From Carcharhinus longimanus (lineage: Eukaryota), in the NCBI GenBank assembly GCA_030264375.1, contig JASCQW010000098.1, positions 60,643,684 to 60,707,113 of the forward strand: a stretch of DNA of 63,430 nucleotides, in the 5' to 3' direction. The position numbers and the translations under genes were made by a program. This document shows, in pieces, positions 50,801 through 63,430 of this stretch (positions are counted from its first letter, which is position 1; each line of letters starts with the position of its first letter). The notes beneath the pieces were generated by a model. That model saw only the letters and a program-made list of their open reading frames with translations, did not search any database and was not told the origin of the DNA.

Positions 50801-53800
50801 AGCAATTCTTCTGCATTATGGTGTCATTTGAACCATTCGATTGGATTAGTGCCCGAGCAGCTCAGTAACAGTTAGCCATTGGCCACTGCATGTGTTAGCC
50901 ACTCGCTGCAGAAGCCTTTAGAACTCGGTCTCCTGCTCCATCTGGGTATTATGCATAATCCTTGTTATATGAATCCAGAAATTCGGGGTAAATAATAAAA
51001 ATTGTCTTTAAGGTCTCATTTTCAAACAATAATTTCGAAGGGTCCCGTTTTTTAATTGCACATACACAGCCTCCATTTTGCTGCTTTGAGAGTTTGCTGG
51101 GTTTGTAAATAAACCTGACTTTGGAGTGTGTTTGATGCAGTGTGAGACTGGAACGGAATCCAAATGATCAAAGTAGAGCTTCTGGATCAAGACCTCTGAT
51201 AGCATTTGCTGCAGCAAGGTTTCCCATACCCACCTACAGTCCGAAGTCCATTCTTTAAAGAGAATATAACTCTTAAAAGGAACAGAAAGTAAAGTCTTTA
51301 TTGATTTTAATTTTCCTGAATCTTGGTTGGTGAACAAGTCCCTCTCACTGGCACAGCACATAACACTGACATTCTTTGTGTGGAGCACCTGAAATCTATT
51401 TAGTGTTGAGATCAGTAACAAAAGTGTTGGAATTATAGGTGTGAATGGCCCTTCCTACCATTTCCTGATACTGAGCCGTAACCTACTAAATTGTGAAACA
51501 GTATTTAGTTTCAACCCTCCCCCGGCTGTGATCTCACCATAACATGAAAACGCGAGGTCTCAGTAAGTGTCCTTCCTTACGAAGTTATAGACGGTCTTTT
51601 TTTAAAAAAAATGCTGCTTCACATATTGAAACTGAATTTTTGTCCAGACACAAACTGTGTTCTTTACCTGTGCTCACCAAACAAGTTATTTCAGAGAGTT
51701 TGTGGTATCAAATTAAGAATTGTGGTATCGAAAGACATATCTTTTATTCTTTGCCGGTGTATCTGGTGTTGTGCAGCACAAACTCATTGTAGATTAAATA
51801 TTAAATTCGTTATTTAAAAATATAATCGTTAATTGGAATTCCCCCCAAAACGTTTTGAAATGCTGAATTTCTCCACTGTTTACAGATTTCTGTAACAAGA
51901 TAAAAAGTAAAACCGCTGGGAGGAGGCAGATGATTTATTCCCGGGAATGGATGTCGGCTCTCCCAAAATGTCACAGAACAAACAGCAGCTTTAGCCTCGC
52001 TGATATGTATCATTTGAATCGGCTTCTTTCACTCCCCCTGGTTATGGCCTGTTTGAAAATAAGTGCAATCTCAAAGAGATTTAGATGGTTGGTGCTCCGT
52101 GTCAGGAGACAGGACCCCTTACGGGCGTTAAACAACGGAAACTCCAAATTTCCGCAACAATACTCTCACTTCAATCCAGTTTGGTTTCAGGTCCAACCAG
52201 TTGACGGCGGCTGAGAGTTGGGGCCGCCTCATTCGCAATCCTCGTGTTGCTTTAGGCACCTATGCATGCAGAAGCAGGTTGATAAACTCATTCCTTCTGC
52301 AATGTTAGTGTCATTGCGACATTGGGTGCTGCCCAATTCCCCAGAGGAATAGTGCGAGATTCCCTGGAGGGGTCAGTCTCTCACCATTTGAAACTGGTAC
52401 CGCAGAATCTGGACTGCAAAGCGAATCTACAAAATGCGCCGATGGTGGGTGGGCGGGAGTGCTTTTAATATCTGGAGTACTCAGGGGGCAAAAAAACACT
52501 GAGTTGGTTTAAATGTTGGGGGAAGCAAGGACTCTTAAGTATTAAACTCTTAATGGGCTGGAGAAGCTAAGTCTGCATATGTGTGTGTATGTAACCTTGA
52601 ATGCACGTGGCTTTCTCCTTGAGTAAACTAGGCAATGCCTCGCTTGAAGTGCAGCTACTGGTCTTAGACCAGTAATTGCAACACAAATATATCATGTAGG
52701 TCATTCCAGAACAAGATACTTATTTCAAATAAAATATTTCAAAAACTGAAAATATTTAGGTTCACTATTGGATCATATAAACTGTTTATTTCAAGAAACT
52801 GTTCACCCGTATTGTAAAAGGTATTTATTTTGGAGTAACTTCATTTTTTCCCAGAAGCCTTTGTTTAATGTAAACCTATGTTATCTTATATTTCATCTAG
52901 TTCTAATATATCACAACTTGAAAATGGCTGATCCAGATCCAAATGGAACTAAAAATACAGAAAATGCTGACAAGTGCATCAAAGGATGTGGACTGCTATC
53001 TGTTACTGAAATTCTCTCAAATACTACAATCTGCTGATCTACCAATGTCAATAGTTTCGGAATTAATATAATATACATTTGAAATCATGTCTCTAAAAGA
53101 TGTCTCTGATGTTTCCCAAAATCATGGTCTATATTGCACAGATTTTGATTTGAGGGGGCAATATAATCTATATCACATAGCATTAACCATAACAGAAACT
53201 TCTCCATTCATATCAATGCTGTTTTGGTGAAAATATATAGACAATAAAAGACAGTTGCATTTTCTCCTGAAATGCAATCACTTGAATTCCTTTCATAAGG
53301 TACACATTAACTGCATTGGATGGTTGCTGCTATTGTTCCATCATGACTTTAAACTGCTCGTGGATTATTTTAATCTTTCGTATTATTGAGGCATGTGTAA
53401 AACTTAATCCTAGGAATATTTCATTCAGGGCATTTCAAACTAGTTCCTCGCATGTTTGAACTTGTCTTTAATGACAGGTCATTTACGCTACTCTACGTTA
53501 GATTTGACATATCTTAAGCTAGTTAGGTAAACAACCCATACTGGTTAGCGTATTGTCTGGTTTTAATCAGAACAGCAACGGAAGATAAATATGTGGTTGC
53601 TTTTAATTAGCTTTACTTAATTAAAAAGCACCAGAAGTATTGTAGTCATTATGAACCCTTGTAAAGGAGCAGGCACCTAGTCTGTTGCCTGTCTGTTGCA
53701 GAAAATGAGATTTTTTTTTGAGGGAAGAAGGGTGTGTGTATCTCATGAGAAATAAATCTTACTGTGTTTGTATCATAGTTTCTTACATTTTATCTGAGTG

Positions 53801-56800
53801 AGATGGATGTGCATCTTGTGAGTGTTAGACCAATGCTGGGCTGTATTAGCCATCATTAGCACCCCGGTATGGATCCAATTCACTAATTACTTATGCTGTC
53901 CTGGTTCACTGAGATTTAAGTACCAAGTCAATCCCATTATCTGCAGTCTCCCAAGCTTGCCGGAGTCATCAGTCTTTTGTGGAAAAGAAGCACAAGGGTT
54001 ATCAATAGCCCCAAAATGCTCAGGATTCCCCTGCTTCATGAGAAAGTGAGATTATCCCTGACCAAAGTCGCAGCTTTTGTAAGCTGCTGCTCTGGATGTG
54101 ATGAAAGAGAAGAGTGACAAATATCCATGAAGCCACAGAGAGGAGAAAATGCTGTGTTCCTGCAGCTGTTCCAGGGTTTCGGGCAGCTTTTCAATCTCCT
54201 CAGAGCTGTGAATTACAATTCATCTGTTAAAAACATAAGATAATATAGTCAAAAGTCAGAATAAAATATTCTAAAGGCCCGAGGCTTCCTCACAGAGGAT
54301 AAACTGAACCTCTCAGCTGCCAGTGTTATTTCTGCCCTCCCTTTGCATCCCACACATTTGGCGTCTGTGGTGTTTGGGCCCTGTCTGCTTGGGACGCTTG
54401 ATTGACATCTGCTCTGCCAAGAGGAAAGCTTTGGCAGCTATTGGCAGCCTCTTCACATTCATATACCCGATGCAAGTTGCTGAAGCACAGTTAGTGCTGG
54501 AAAGACATTTTGTCTAAACAGCGTGACACCTCTTGGAATGGAGTATGTCAATGCCAATATTCACAGTTTTTTTGACAAGGTATAACCTCACTTGGTAGAC
54601 CCTGGTTTAATGTGGTGGGGGTGGGGGGAGTAGTCGGGTACTGGTTGGAAGGGATAATCGAGAACTATGCATTTTCTGACAAAATAATGGATTTTAAAAC
54701 TTTCATCCAACGATGGCAGGGACAAAATCAGCGCAAAGCTCCTGGATATAGATAGAGGAAAAAAATAGTGTCCAGGCTAATGTGGAAGAGTTGAATAGAT
54801 ATGTGAACAGCTGCACATTTAGAAATAATATTCATGTCAGAAAAGTTGATCAGTTTACTATTCTTCAATGATGAATAGTAATCAAGAGCTGGAATGATTA
54901 TTTTAGAATGCTAAATCACCCCCAACTAGCAAACTTCTAGCCCTGTAACTTCACAAAAGTGATCGACTTGCTGGCTTTATTATGTCAATAATTTAATTAA
55001 ACTTGGAGACATGAATACCACCAGATTTTGCTAAATATTCCTGATGTGTTTGTTGTAGTATCTGTGAAGTGTAGAGCAATATCACACAGTGCAAGCACAC
55101 AAAAAAAAGGAGTCTGGGCCTGGGAAGGATAATTCTCAAAATCATCAGTACCCTCTTGGCATTTGACATAAGGGGATATTTTGACTGGGTGAACATGGTG
55201 CAGTCGTGTCTTGTCCTATAGGCGGTGCTGTTGTCAGCATCTTCATTGTCTAACACCAGAAACATTAAAAGTAGACCAGAGCCCAGAGGGATATTTAATC
55301 ATTGAAATATTAACAAACCCACTNNNNNNNNNNNNNNNNNNNNNNNNNNNNNNNNNNNNNNNNNNNNNNNNNNNNNNNGGGATGAGTGGCAGGTCTTGAC
55401 AAATTCAACTGGGTGTGATGGCAAATGATGGATTAATTTAGAATGACTGAATTTGGATCTGGAGTGACTATGCAACACTGCAACTCGTCTGAGTATACAA
55501 CAGAAGCAACCTCCATTCAGCCTATGCTGTGGACTACATAAGTTCACATCTGACCAGGTCAGTGACCTGACAAGGAAAGCCAGGGCACGAAATGATATGG
55601 AGGTGAATTAAACAGGGTAACAAAATTCCAGTGAATGAGATCTCAAAGCATCAATTTTCAATGGACAGATTCCACGTTAAATATTAAGCAGCACTTTTTA
55701 AAATGTAATTATTTCCACTTTTGGATGGTCCAGACACAGATTCAAATCCTATTTTTAATATGCATTGAAAAACAGCAGGGATCTATCATGTAATCCAAGC
55801 CCAGGGATGAAATTCTTTTTCCCTTTGGAATTTTTCCTTTCTGAAGTAATAAATGAAAGGGAACAGCACCAACTTAAAACTTTCATTTGAAGTGGGGGAG
55901 ATTACTTTTCTGGACCATCTCCCCACCTCCCTCCCCCCCGCGACCCCCGCCCCCACCCAACCCAGAATATTTCATTACAGTCTGAATCACGAGCATCTTA
56001 CTTATAGAAACATTATTGTGTTCAGGGCAGCAAAATAAACTTGACTCAATTATCAGGTTGTAAATTGATTTTGAGAAATCTGATAGATGAATGCAAAATT
56101 AGCATCTACACTCTGACCTCACTTCTCCCCATCAGCACTGCTCAGTCACCACTTGCACATGATTGACAGGCATGGCAATGAACAGTGGCTTTGGTCCTGT
56201 AACCATTTTAACTGCAAAGACAAGCAGTGGCACCTCCACCTCCACCTCCCAGTCAAAGCAACATCCAAGGAAAGAGATGAAAGTCGAAGGGTCACAATAT
56301 GAGCTTTGCAAGGGTGCAATTTTTACGAGGCATTTTAAAAAAAGTGTTTCAGTCTTGTGTCGATTTTACAACACTGATTTTTAATAAGAGCACTTCACAG
56401 GAAAGTTAGCATTGTTACATGGATGCCTTGGCAACCTATAAGACAACAAGGTTATAGACAGCAAGGAGATAAATGTCCAGTTAACTTGCTTTGGCGGTGA
56501 CAGTGTTAAAAATCTCATTTCGCTTAAAAACTATCAAGATACTCGGTAGATTTAAATTCCATATAACAAAAATATGTCTCTCCTTTAAATTGCTTCATAA
56601 CCTTAACATCAATTTCAATAAGTTAGTTTTGGCTGCTTTTGATTGATAACTTATAATTAAAGCCAAAATATAATGTCACAAATTATATAATGCAGTTGAA
56701 AAACTGCACCCTGTACTAATCAAACAAACTTGTAAGTTTAAAATGGTTTTTGTCTTTATATTAATTTAGGAGGTGGTGGGGTCTATCCATTCTATCTAAT

Positions 56801-58382
56801 GAAGAATCCCATCAACATTAGTTTAACCCTTGCTTTATATGAGGGTTTGCTGCATATTTCCTGTTTTTGTTTATTCGGATTTCCTGCATTTGCTGTTTTT
56901 CTATCTCTCTATATTTTTTCAATGTTTTCTGCTAGTTACAAAATTTTTCAACTGGCAACGCAGCCTAAGATGGAACCTGCAATTTCATAATTAAAACACT
57001 CTTGTTGTAATTTTGGAATAATCATAAATGGATTCTGCAGCAGGATTATGTTTGTTCTCTTTAGTTTCCCCCTCCCCTCCTCCCCTCCCCCCCTTGATGG
57101 AATTGGAGTGGAGGTTGTTGAGAGGGTCTGCAAGATCTGAAGCTTGGAGCTGTGAAAGAAGAAAATACTCAGCAAACAAAACAGCCTACCACACAAGAAA
57201 CTTCATCTGTTCTTACAAAACCCTCCTTTCTTTACATCTTTTCTTCCCTAATAACAGCTGCCCTCTCGTTCACTGTTACTCAGCAGAGAAGAACAAAACC
57301 TCCCTCTGACTATCTGTTTTTCTTTTCTTCCCCAGAGTAGGTCTCATTACTGGTGATTAGCAGATGATTAAAAACAATTCAGCTTTCCCCAGTAGATATT
57401 TTCTCCCAGTTTGTGACTAAAGCGTCAGTCTTCAATGAACGTGCTCCTAAGCTTATTACCAGGCTCAGCGGATTAAGTGCCAGTGAGCGGCAGGCTCTGA
57501 TATGGTGATGCAGTGAGTGACATGATGCTGCTCAGAGGTGTGGACTAGTGGAAATAACAGTATAAACATAGCAAGGAAAAGATGGATGCTGTTTCATGCT
57601 GCACTCTTTGCACTTAGGACAAAGTTCCTTCGTTCTGAGACGACTATCATCTGCCCATTATCCCTGACTGAGACATTTACTACCTGCCTCCACAATGATT
57701 AGAACTGAATGCTTTTTTTTTCCCATGCCTATCTTTTGTATGTACATGGAAGTTCATTCAGCTTTGCACAGACAAGATTGACAGCTCCACAAACATGTGA
57801 ATCTGTAATTAACAAAATAAAGAATATGAATTTCAAAAGATTAGGAGTTGAGTGAATAAGACCCCAGTGGAATACATATCCATTTAACTTTACAAACAGG
57901 GATAATGCAACTTGTGCGATAAAACCTAAACATTTTACTGCCTAACTTTAAAGACATTTTTGGAAACATCTGAAGTTCTTTTTATTTTTTTAAACATTGA
58001 CTGTATAATATGGCTAAGAAATTGGGTCATGTCATTCCCAGTTTTCAGGTGCTAAGTGGCTTCCTAACGGCAGGTAGGAATTGTACCTGCACTTCCAGCC
58101 AAATATGTGTTACTTGCCATAATAGACAAGGACAGACAAAAGGCGTCCTTATGCTTGAAGAGGGTGTGATAATGTTTACAAATGCAAATAAGGGACCGAC
58201 ACACATGGAAACAAAAAAATAGTTACTTGCCCAGCAAGCTCCGTCTCGACCACAGTTGTTGCTGATCCTGCGATCTCCAACTTCCAGGCCCTAACTCGGT
58301 CCTTCAATCTCTACTCACCCAGTCTAAACTTCACGGCTCCCCAGCTTTGACTTCTATGCTCCCAGTTTTGTGATCTCCAACT

Positions 58383-59354
58383 CCAAGAACTACAGGTCAG
58401 TTAGTTTAACTTCTGTCATTAATATGATGGTAGCAGGCATTTAGAAAGCCTTAATAAAATCAGGCAGAGTCAACATAGTTTTGTGAAAGGGAAATCATGC
58501 TGAACTACTTTGATGTGGTGTACATGGACTTCCAAAAGGCATTTGATAATGTGCCACATCAAAGGTTCCTGTACAAAATAACAACTAATGGTGTAGAGGT
58601 AACATATTAACATAGAGGATTGGATAGCTAACAGGAAGAGAGCAGGGACAAATAGGTCTTTTTTGGAAAGGCATGCTATAACTAGTGGAGTGTTACAGGC
58701 ACCAGTGCTGAGCCTCAAATATTTACAATCTGTGTTGATAATTTGGGTGAAGAGATGATGGCTAGATTTTCTGATGATACAAAGATGAGCAAGTTGAATG
58801 TTGTCATTTATTGCTTAGGGAATTAAATAGTAGAGATGTTTTGCAATACCTGTACAGGATGTGAGTGAGACCACATCTGGAGTACTCTGTACAGTTCTGG
58901 CCTCCATAAGAAAGGATATCATTGTATTATAAATAGTTTAGAGAAGGTTGGCTCAGTCAATTCCTGAGATGAAGGTGATACCTTACGGGAAAATGTTGGA
59001 GTTTTGAAATTTATTGAAACATGCAAGATCCTGAGAACTTGACAGGATAGATATTAAGAGGCTTCTCTTTATGAGAGAGGCTAGAACAAGAGAATACAGC
59101 TTAAAAATAAAAAGGTTTCTCATTATCCAAAATGAGGAAAATTTTTTTCATGCAGAGTTGTACTCTTTCCCAGGAGCCATGGAGGCAGGGTCATTGAATA
59201 TTTTTGGGAGGATGAGTTAGATAGACTCTTGATTGACAAAAAAGTGAAAGGGTAAAGGGGGCAGAGGCCACAATCGGATCAGCCACGATCTTATGAAATG
59301 ACATAGCAGGCTCCAGAGGCCGAATGGCCTACTCCGGTTCCTAATTCGTATGTT
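58383..59354 (+). mobile_element. Decayed CR1 ORF2 with many deletions through to the 3' end
   Basis: NYRSVSLTSV, SQHSFVKGKSC, DVVYMDFQKAFDNVPH, SGVLQAPVL, FSDDTK, RPHLEYSVQFW and terminal gaggccgaatggcctactcc. Confidence 0.9.
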
Positions 59355-59521
59355 TCTTTCAATTCTGACTCCCTGCATCCCAACCCCAAGTTGCTCTACA
59401 CGCCTCCCCTATCCAGACACACATCCACTAACCCCTTGAGCCAACTGATTTGACCACACTGCACTAAGGCCTGTTATCCCCTCTCCAAGTTTCAAGAAGC
59501 TGCACTATAGAAAATGTAAAA

Positions 59522-59688
59522 ATCATAGAATCATAGAATCCCTACAATGCAGAAAGAGGCCATTTGGCCGATCAACTCTACAGCAAAAATAATCCCACCG
59601 AGGCCCTATCCCCATAACCCCATGTATTTACCCTTCTAATTCACTTGACATTAAGGGGCAATTTAGCATGGCTAATCAGCCTAACCTA
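59522..59688 (-). mobile_element. HE1 SINE 3' half
   Basis: (catagaat)n tail through gcaatttagcatggc..cctaacct. Confidence 0.85.
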
Positions 59689-61338
59689 ATGCTGACAATG
59701 TGATAGATTTAGCTGAAATTCAGCTATGAACCTGCTCTGCTGAAGGTATACCCAGAGCTTGCTCTAAAAATAATGTGAGTGCAGATAGAGAACAGTGTTG
59801 TGGCAATATAGAGAGCAGCTGTGTATGGGACATTGAAATATCATTAGGCCATTCAGCCCTTTAAGCCTCCACCATTTAATTCTGTCATGGGCTGATCTGA
59901 AGCAAATGTAATTGTCGATAATATTCTTTCTACAATTTAAATTTCTAAGTTTTCATTAGTTCTGTCACCATATTATTGTGACATTCCAGACCCTCACCCT
60001 GCCCTCATAAGTGATTATTTTTCAGGACTTATAAAACCTGCACAAATTCAAGAATCAGAGTAAATTTTACAACTGCTTCAAATAAAGCACTACAGAAACT
60101 AGATGCATTCTGGATGAATTGCTCTCAAAATCACTTTAAGTTTTTAAATTAGGAGACTCCAGTCATGCATTCATCTTCTGGGAGTGGGAGTGAATATATT
60201 AATTACAGCATCATGTTTGGATAAAAGTTGGATTTTTACCAATTGTCTGCAGCTTTTTCGACAAAACTGCCTGGTTTATAAAAGCTGTGTACCTGTAAAA
60301 CACACTGACATTTAGCAGAGAATAATTTATTACAATTATGTGCATTGCTCACGAACNNNNNNNNNNNNNNNNNNNNNNNNNNNNNNNNNNNNNNNNNNNN
60401 NNNNNNNNNNNNNNNNNNNNNNNNNNNNNNNNNNNNNNNNNNNNNNNNNNNNNNNNAACATGTCATGAATATTGTTTGCAGCAGTGCTCACAAAGTGAAA
60501 CAGTAGCTTTCTACCGGTCTAGTTACATGATTTTTTATATATTAAGAGTTGAGATTGTTAGGAAAAATGGGCTGACAGGATTTTTTTGGATGCTATGGTA
60601 GAGTGTTAAAATGCTGTTGCACCCTTTTGTTGTACAAGTGTGCAGCACTTAGAAATGTTATTGCCAGCAGCGACCAGGTCATGATGTACTGATGATAAAA
60701 GAAATAACTTGTAGGAAGGTGTGTCTTCTCTCTTGAAAGAGCTAGGTATGAACTGTTGAAGCTGCTGCTCACGTCCATACCCCAGAGCAAGAGAAAGAAT
60801 ATTCTGGAATGTAAATCAGTCCTCCTTCTTTCATTTAGATTCTTTAGCCAGCAATTAGGAACTATCTTGCTGAAAAAGAGCTTCTAATGAAAGGAACTAA
60901 ACTAAAGACAGAAATTAATTTGTATAATGATAGAGCATCGGGAATATAATTATATAAATAATCACTTTCACATTTATTGTTTTACATTTATTAAATAAAT
61001 TTAGAAATTGCACCGGGCAATAGGAGCAAAATAATGGTTAACATGCTCCGAGGATGTTTGCTTGCTCACTGTTTCAATACTGCCATTGATCCATTCATTA
61101 TAAATGGATTGCAAATATAGGTCCATTGATTTTGCCAACTAGACTATACTGTTTAGGTGCCAATCAGCATAACTATGAAATAAAACAAAGATAAAATCAG
61201 TCATAATCTGTATAAATATGAGGAACTATAGGTAATGCTTAAGTTGCACATTGTTCTTGTTGGCTATTTGAGACTGAGCCCTAATTTATTATTTAAATTC
61301 TTATGCCAGTTGACATAATAGGAAGTAGTAGGCTTGCT

Positions 61339-61640
61339 GGGGGCAGTACAGTGGCACAGTGGTTAGCATCGCTGCTCCACAGCGCCAGGGACCCGGGTTC
61401 AATTCCTTGCTTGGGTCATTGTCTGTGCAGAGTTGCACGTCCTCGCTGTGTTTGCGTGGGTTTCCTCAGGGTGCTCCGGTTTCCTCCCACAGTCTGAAAG
61501 ACGTGCTGGTTAGGTGCATTGGCCATGCTAAATTCTCCGTCAGTGTACCCGAAGTGGCACCAGAGTGTGATGACTAGGGGATTTTCACAGTAACTTCATT
61601 CCAGCATTAATATAAGCCTACTTGTGAAAATTAAAAAAAC
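61339..61640 (+). mobile_element. V-SINE with type B tail
   Basis: Intact A/B boxes, V-domain and actaggggattttcacagtaacttcatt tail. Confidence 0.92.
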
Positions 61641-62842
61641 AAAACATAAAACTTGCTAATTCTTCTTGCATTGTAACGAATTTAAAGATAATACATTAAA
61701 TAAAGTCTGCTTTGTATAGTCATAATTATTATGTTTGTACTGAGAATGTGAGAACTATTCTTCGAGTTGTGTGGAGCAATATGCAACATATTGAAAAAGC
61801 GTTGTAAAAATAGCACAGTGAGATTTTATGGGGATTGTGTTAAGTTTAGATCAGACCTCGAGTAGATTGGAGCATTTTATGAAATAGTAACACATCATGA
61901 TATTAAAATGGTGCCATAATCAGTGAGAGAAAAGCTTTTTTTTCTATTTTTGTTGTCAGGATGTGGGTGTTGTTGTCAAGGCTGTATGAATTACTTTGAG
62001 AAGGTGAACATAGTCATTCAAGTACTGGCTTAGATTTTCATCTGTGAATCAGGTTCACAGAGTTGGGGGAATTCCCAGCTCCACAGATCCAACTTCTATA
62101 AATGTGCCCCCCACATGTCAGAATTTTGGTCTGGGGGAGTTGGGTGCGGGATTCGGGGAGGGGGTGTGCAGGTAGTGAGGAGTCACTGGTGGGTTGGACA
62201 ATCGGGCACATGTAAAAAGTGAGCCTTCAAAAAGGCCCATTTAAGATGTCAGATGCTTAAGTCTCTGCTTCGAAGATGTCATGGACAGGTCAGTGGGAAC
62301 GTAAATGTTGTCCCACTGTTAGCTGTCCCTGGATCAGATGGCCATCTTGGGCTTTCCCTGGGTGAATAAAACTGTCATTGTCACTCCTTGTACTGAGTTC
62401 GAGTAGTGGATTCATAAGACGCAGCCATGGAGAGGGTATTGTCTTGGTACCACCACTTAATAAAGATATCTATTGTAATGTAGTTAGCTGCCATGCCTCT
62501 ATCAGAATGTACCTACACTGTTGACCCTTGGTCTCTCGTATCTGTACAACGTCACAGCATAACAATATGAGTCAGAGGGGGAACCCCAGTAGGGCTGTCA
62601 GTGGTCACAAAGTAGTTTGCCACCTTATAGTTACAGCTGCCATATCCATGGCACCAAGCATTTGTGGAGAGCAATTTTCTCCACCTCAGCTCAACAGTAC
62701 TGTTTGATGATATTTCAAAAATGGTTAGCGCATGTAAGCACAGAATGGCAGCATTGTAATCTGAATGGCTGTTGACCCTTTTTGCCTTACATTTGAATTG
62801 TGACATTTGAATAATGGAAACATGGGAATGGGATGGTTTCAG

Positions 62843-63056
62843 CTGCTCATGCTTCTCAGCTCAGGATCTGCAAGTTTTAGTCAAGGAGATCCTGAGGAGG
62901 AGAACAGTTCTCTGACCTGCTGGCCAGCATAGTCCACCAGCCACTGCAGAGAAGGCCTGGATTTAAGTAGTGGCTGCAGCAAGCGCAGTAGAAGACCATC
63001 AGAGTTTGTGGATTCAGTGCGGAATAAGGTTCAGTCTCCTGCTGCATTCCAGCAAG
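62843..63056 (+). pseudogene. Harbinger Myb/SANT-like exon relic
   Basis: CFSAQDLQVLVKEILRRRTVL*..AEKAWI*VVAAASAV..SLWIQCGIRFSLLLHSSK|GT. Confidence 0.75.
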
Positions 63057-63430
63057 GTATATAACTTAGCTCTCCTACTCAGAGCTCCATGGGAAGGGTC
63101 AAATCTGCATGCTGCAGCTAAGGTGCGAGATATGGCATGTACATGTACAAATCTCAATGCTGAAGCCAGAACAAGAGCAGATTATGTTGGTGCACAGAGA
63201 ACAGATGTGAAGGAGCATTGAAGCACAGATATAATGAAGAAAAATATATCTGTGCGCACAATATATCATGCATAATGAAATAATGTTGTTATTGTTGCAG
63301 TCAAAGAGAGTGAAGAAAGCCCAGGTGGTGGGCCTGGATGAGGGTAGCTCATGATGCCGGATCATCGACATGGATACCATCATCACACGTGAGAATACCA
63401 TCCACCAGGTACACGGTAAATACTCTTGCA

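Noticed and set aside
51008-51421. 137-aa minus-strand ORF in unique DNA
   Set aside because: Non-ATG start, no recognisable domain, and a length compatible with chance

Overview
Eukaryotic, AT-rich, apparently non-coding (intronic or intergenic) DNA from a cartilaginous fish, almost certainly a shark. The taxon is inferred from repeat content: HE1/V-SINEs, CR1 LINEs with (TAAGAACA)n or (ATTCTATG)n tails, DeuSINEs, PIF/Harbinger relics and Penelope-like ends. I recognise no host protein-coding gene, rRNA, genuine tRNA, known miRNA or CRISPR array; the ORF track is explained by repeat fragments and chance frames. Much of the window is transposon debris, with eight assembly gaps. Two long repeat-poor blocks (about 27.6-33.7 kb and 50.8-58.3 kb) look like regulatory or conserved non-coding territory. 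The most notable structure is an intact minimal type-I hammerhead ribozyme (37183-37222) in a Penelope-like pseudo-LTR. It lies at the right end of a 1.2 kb-plus unit that has an antisense copy of the same end on the left, a 12-bp flanking direct repeat and non-Penelope cargo in between. Family names come from remembered consensus sequences and motifs, not from database searches, and repeat boundaries are approximate.
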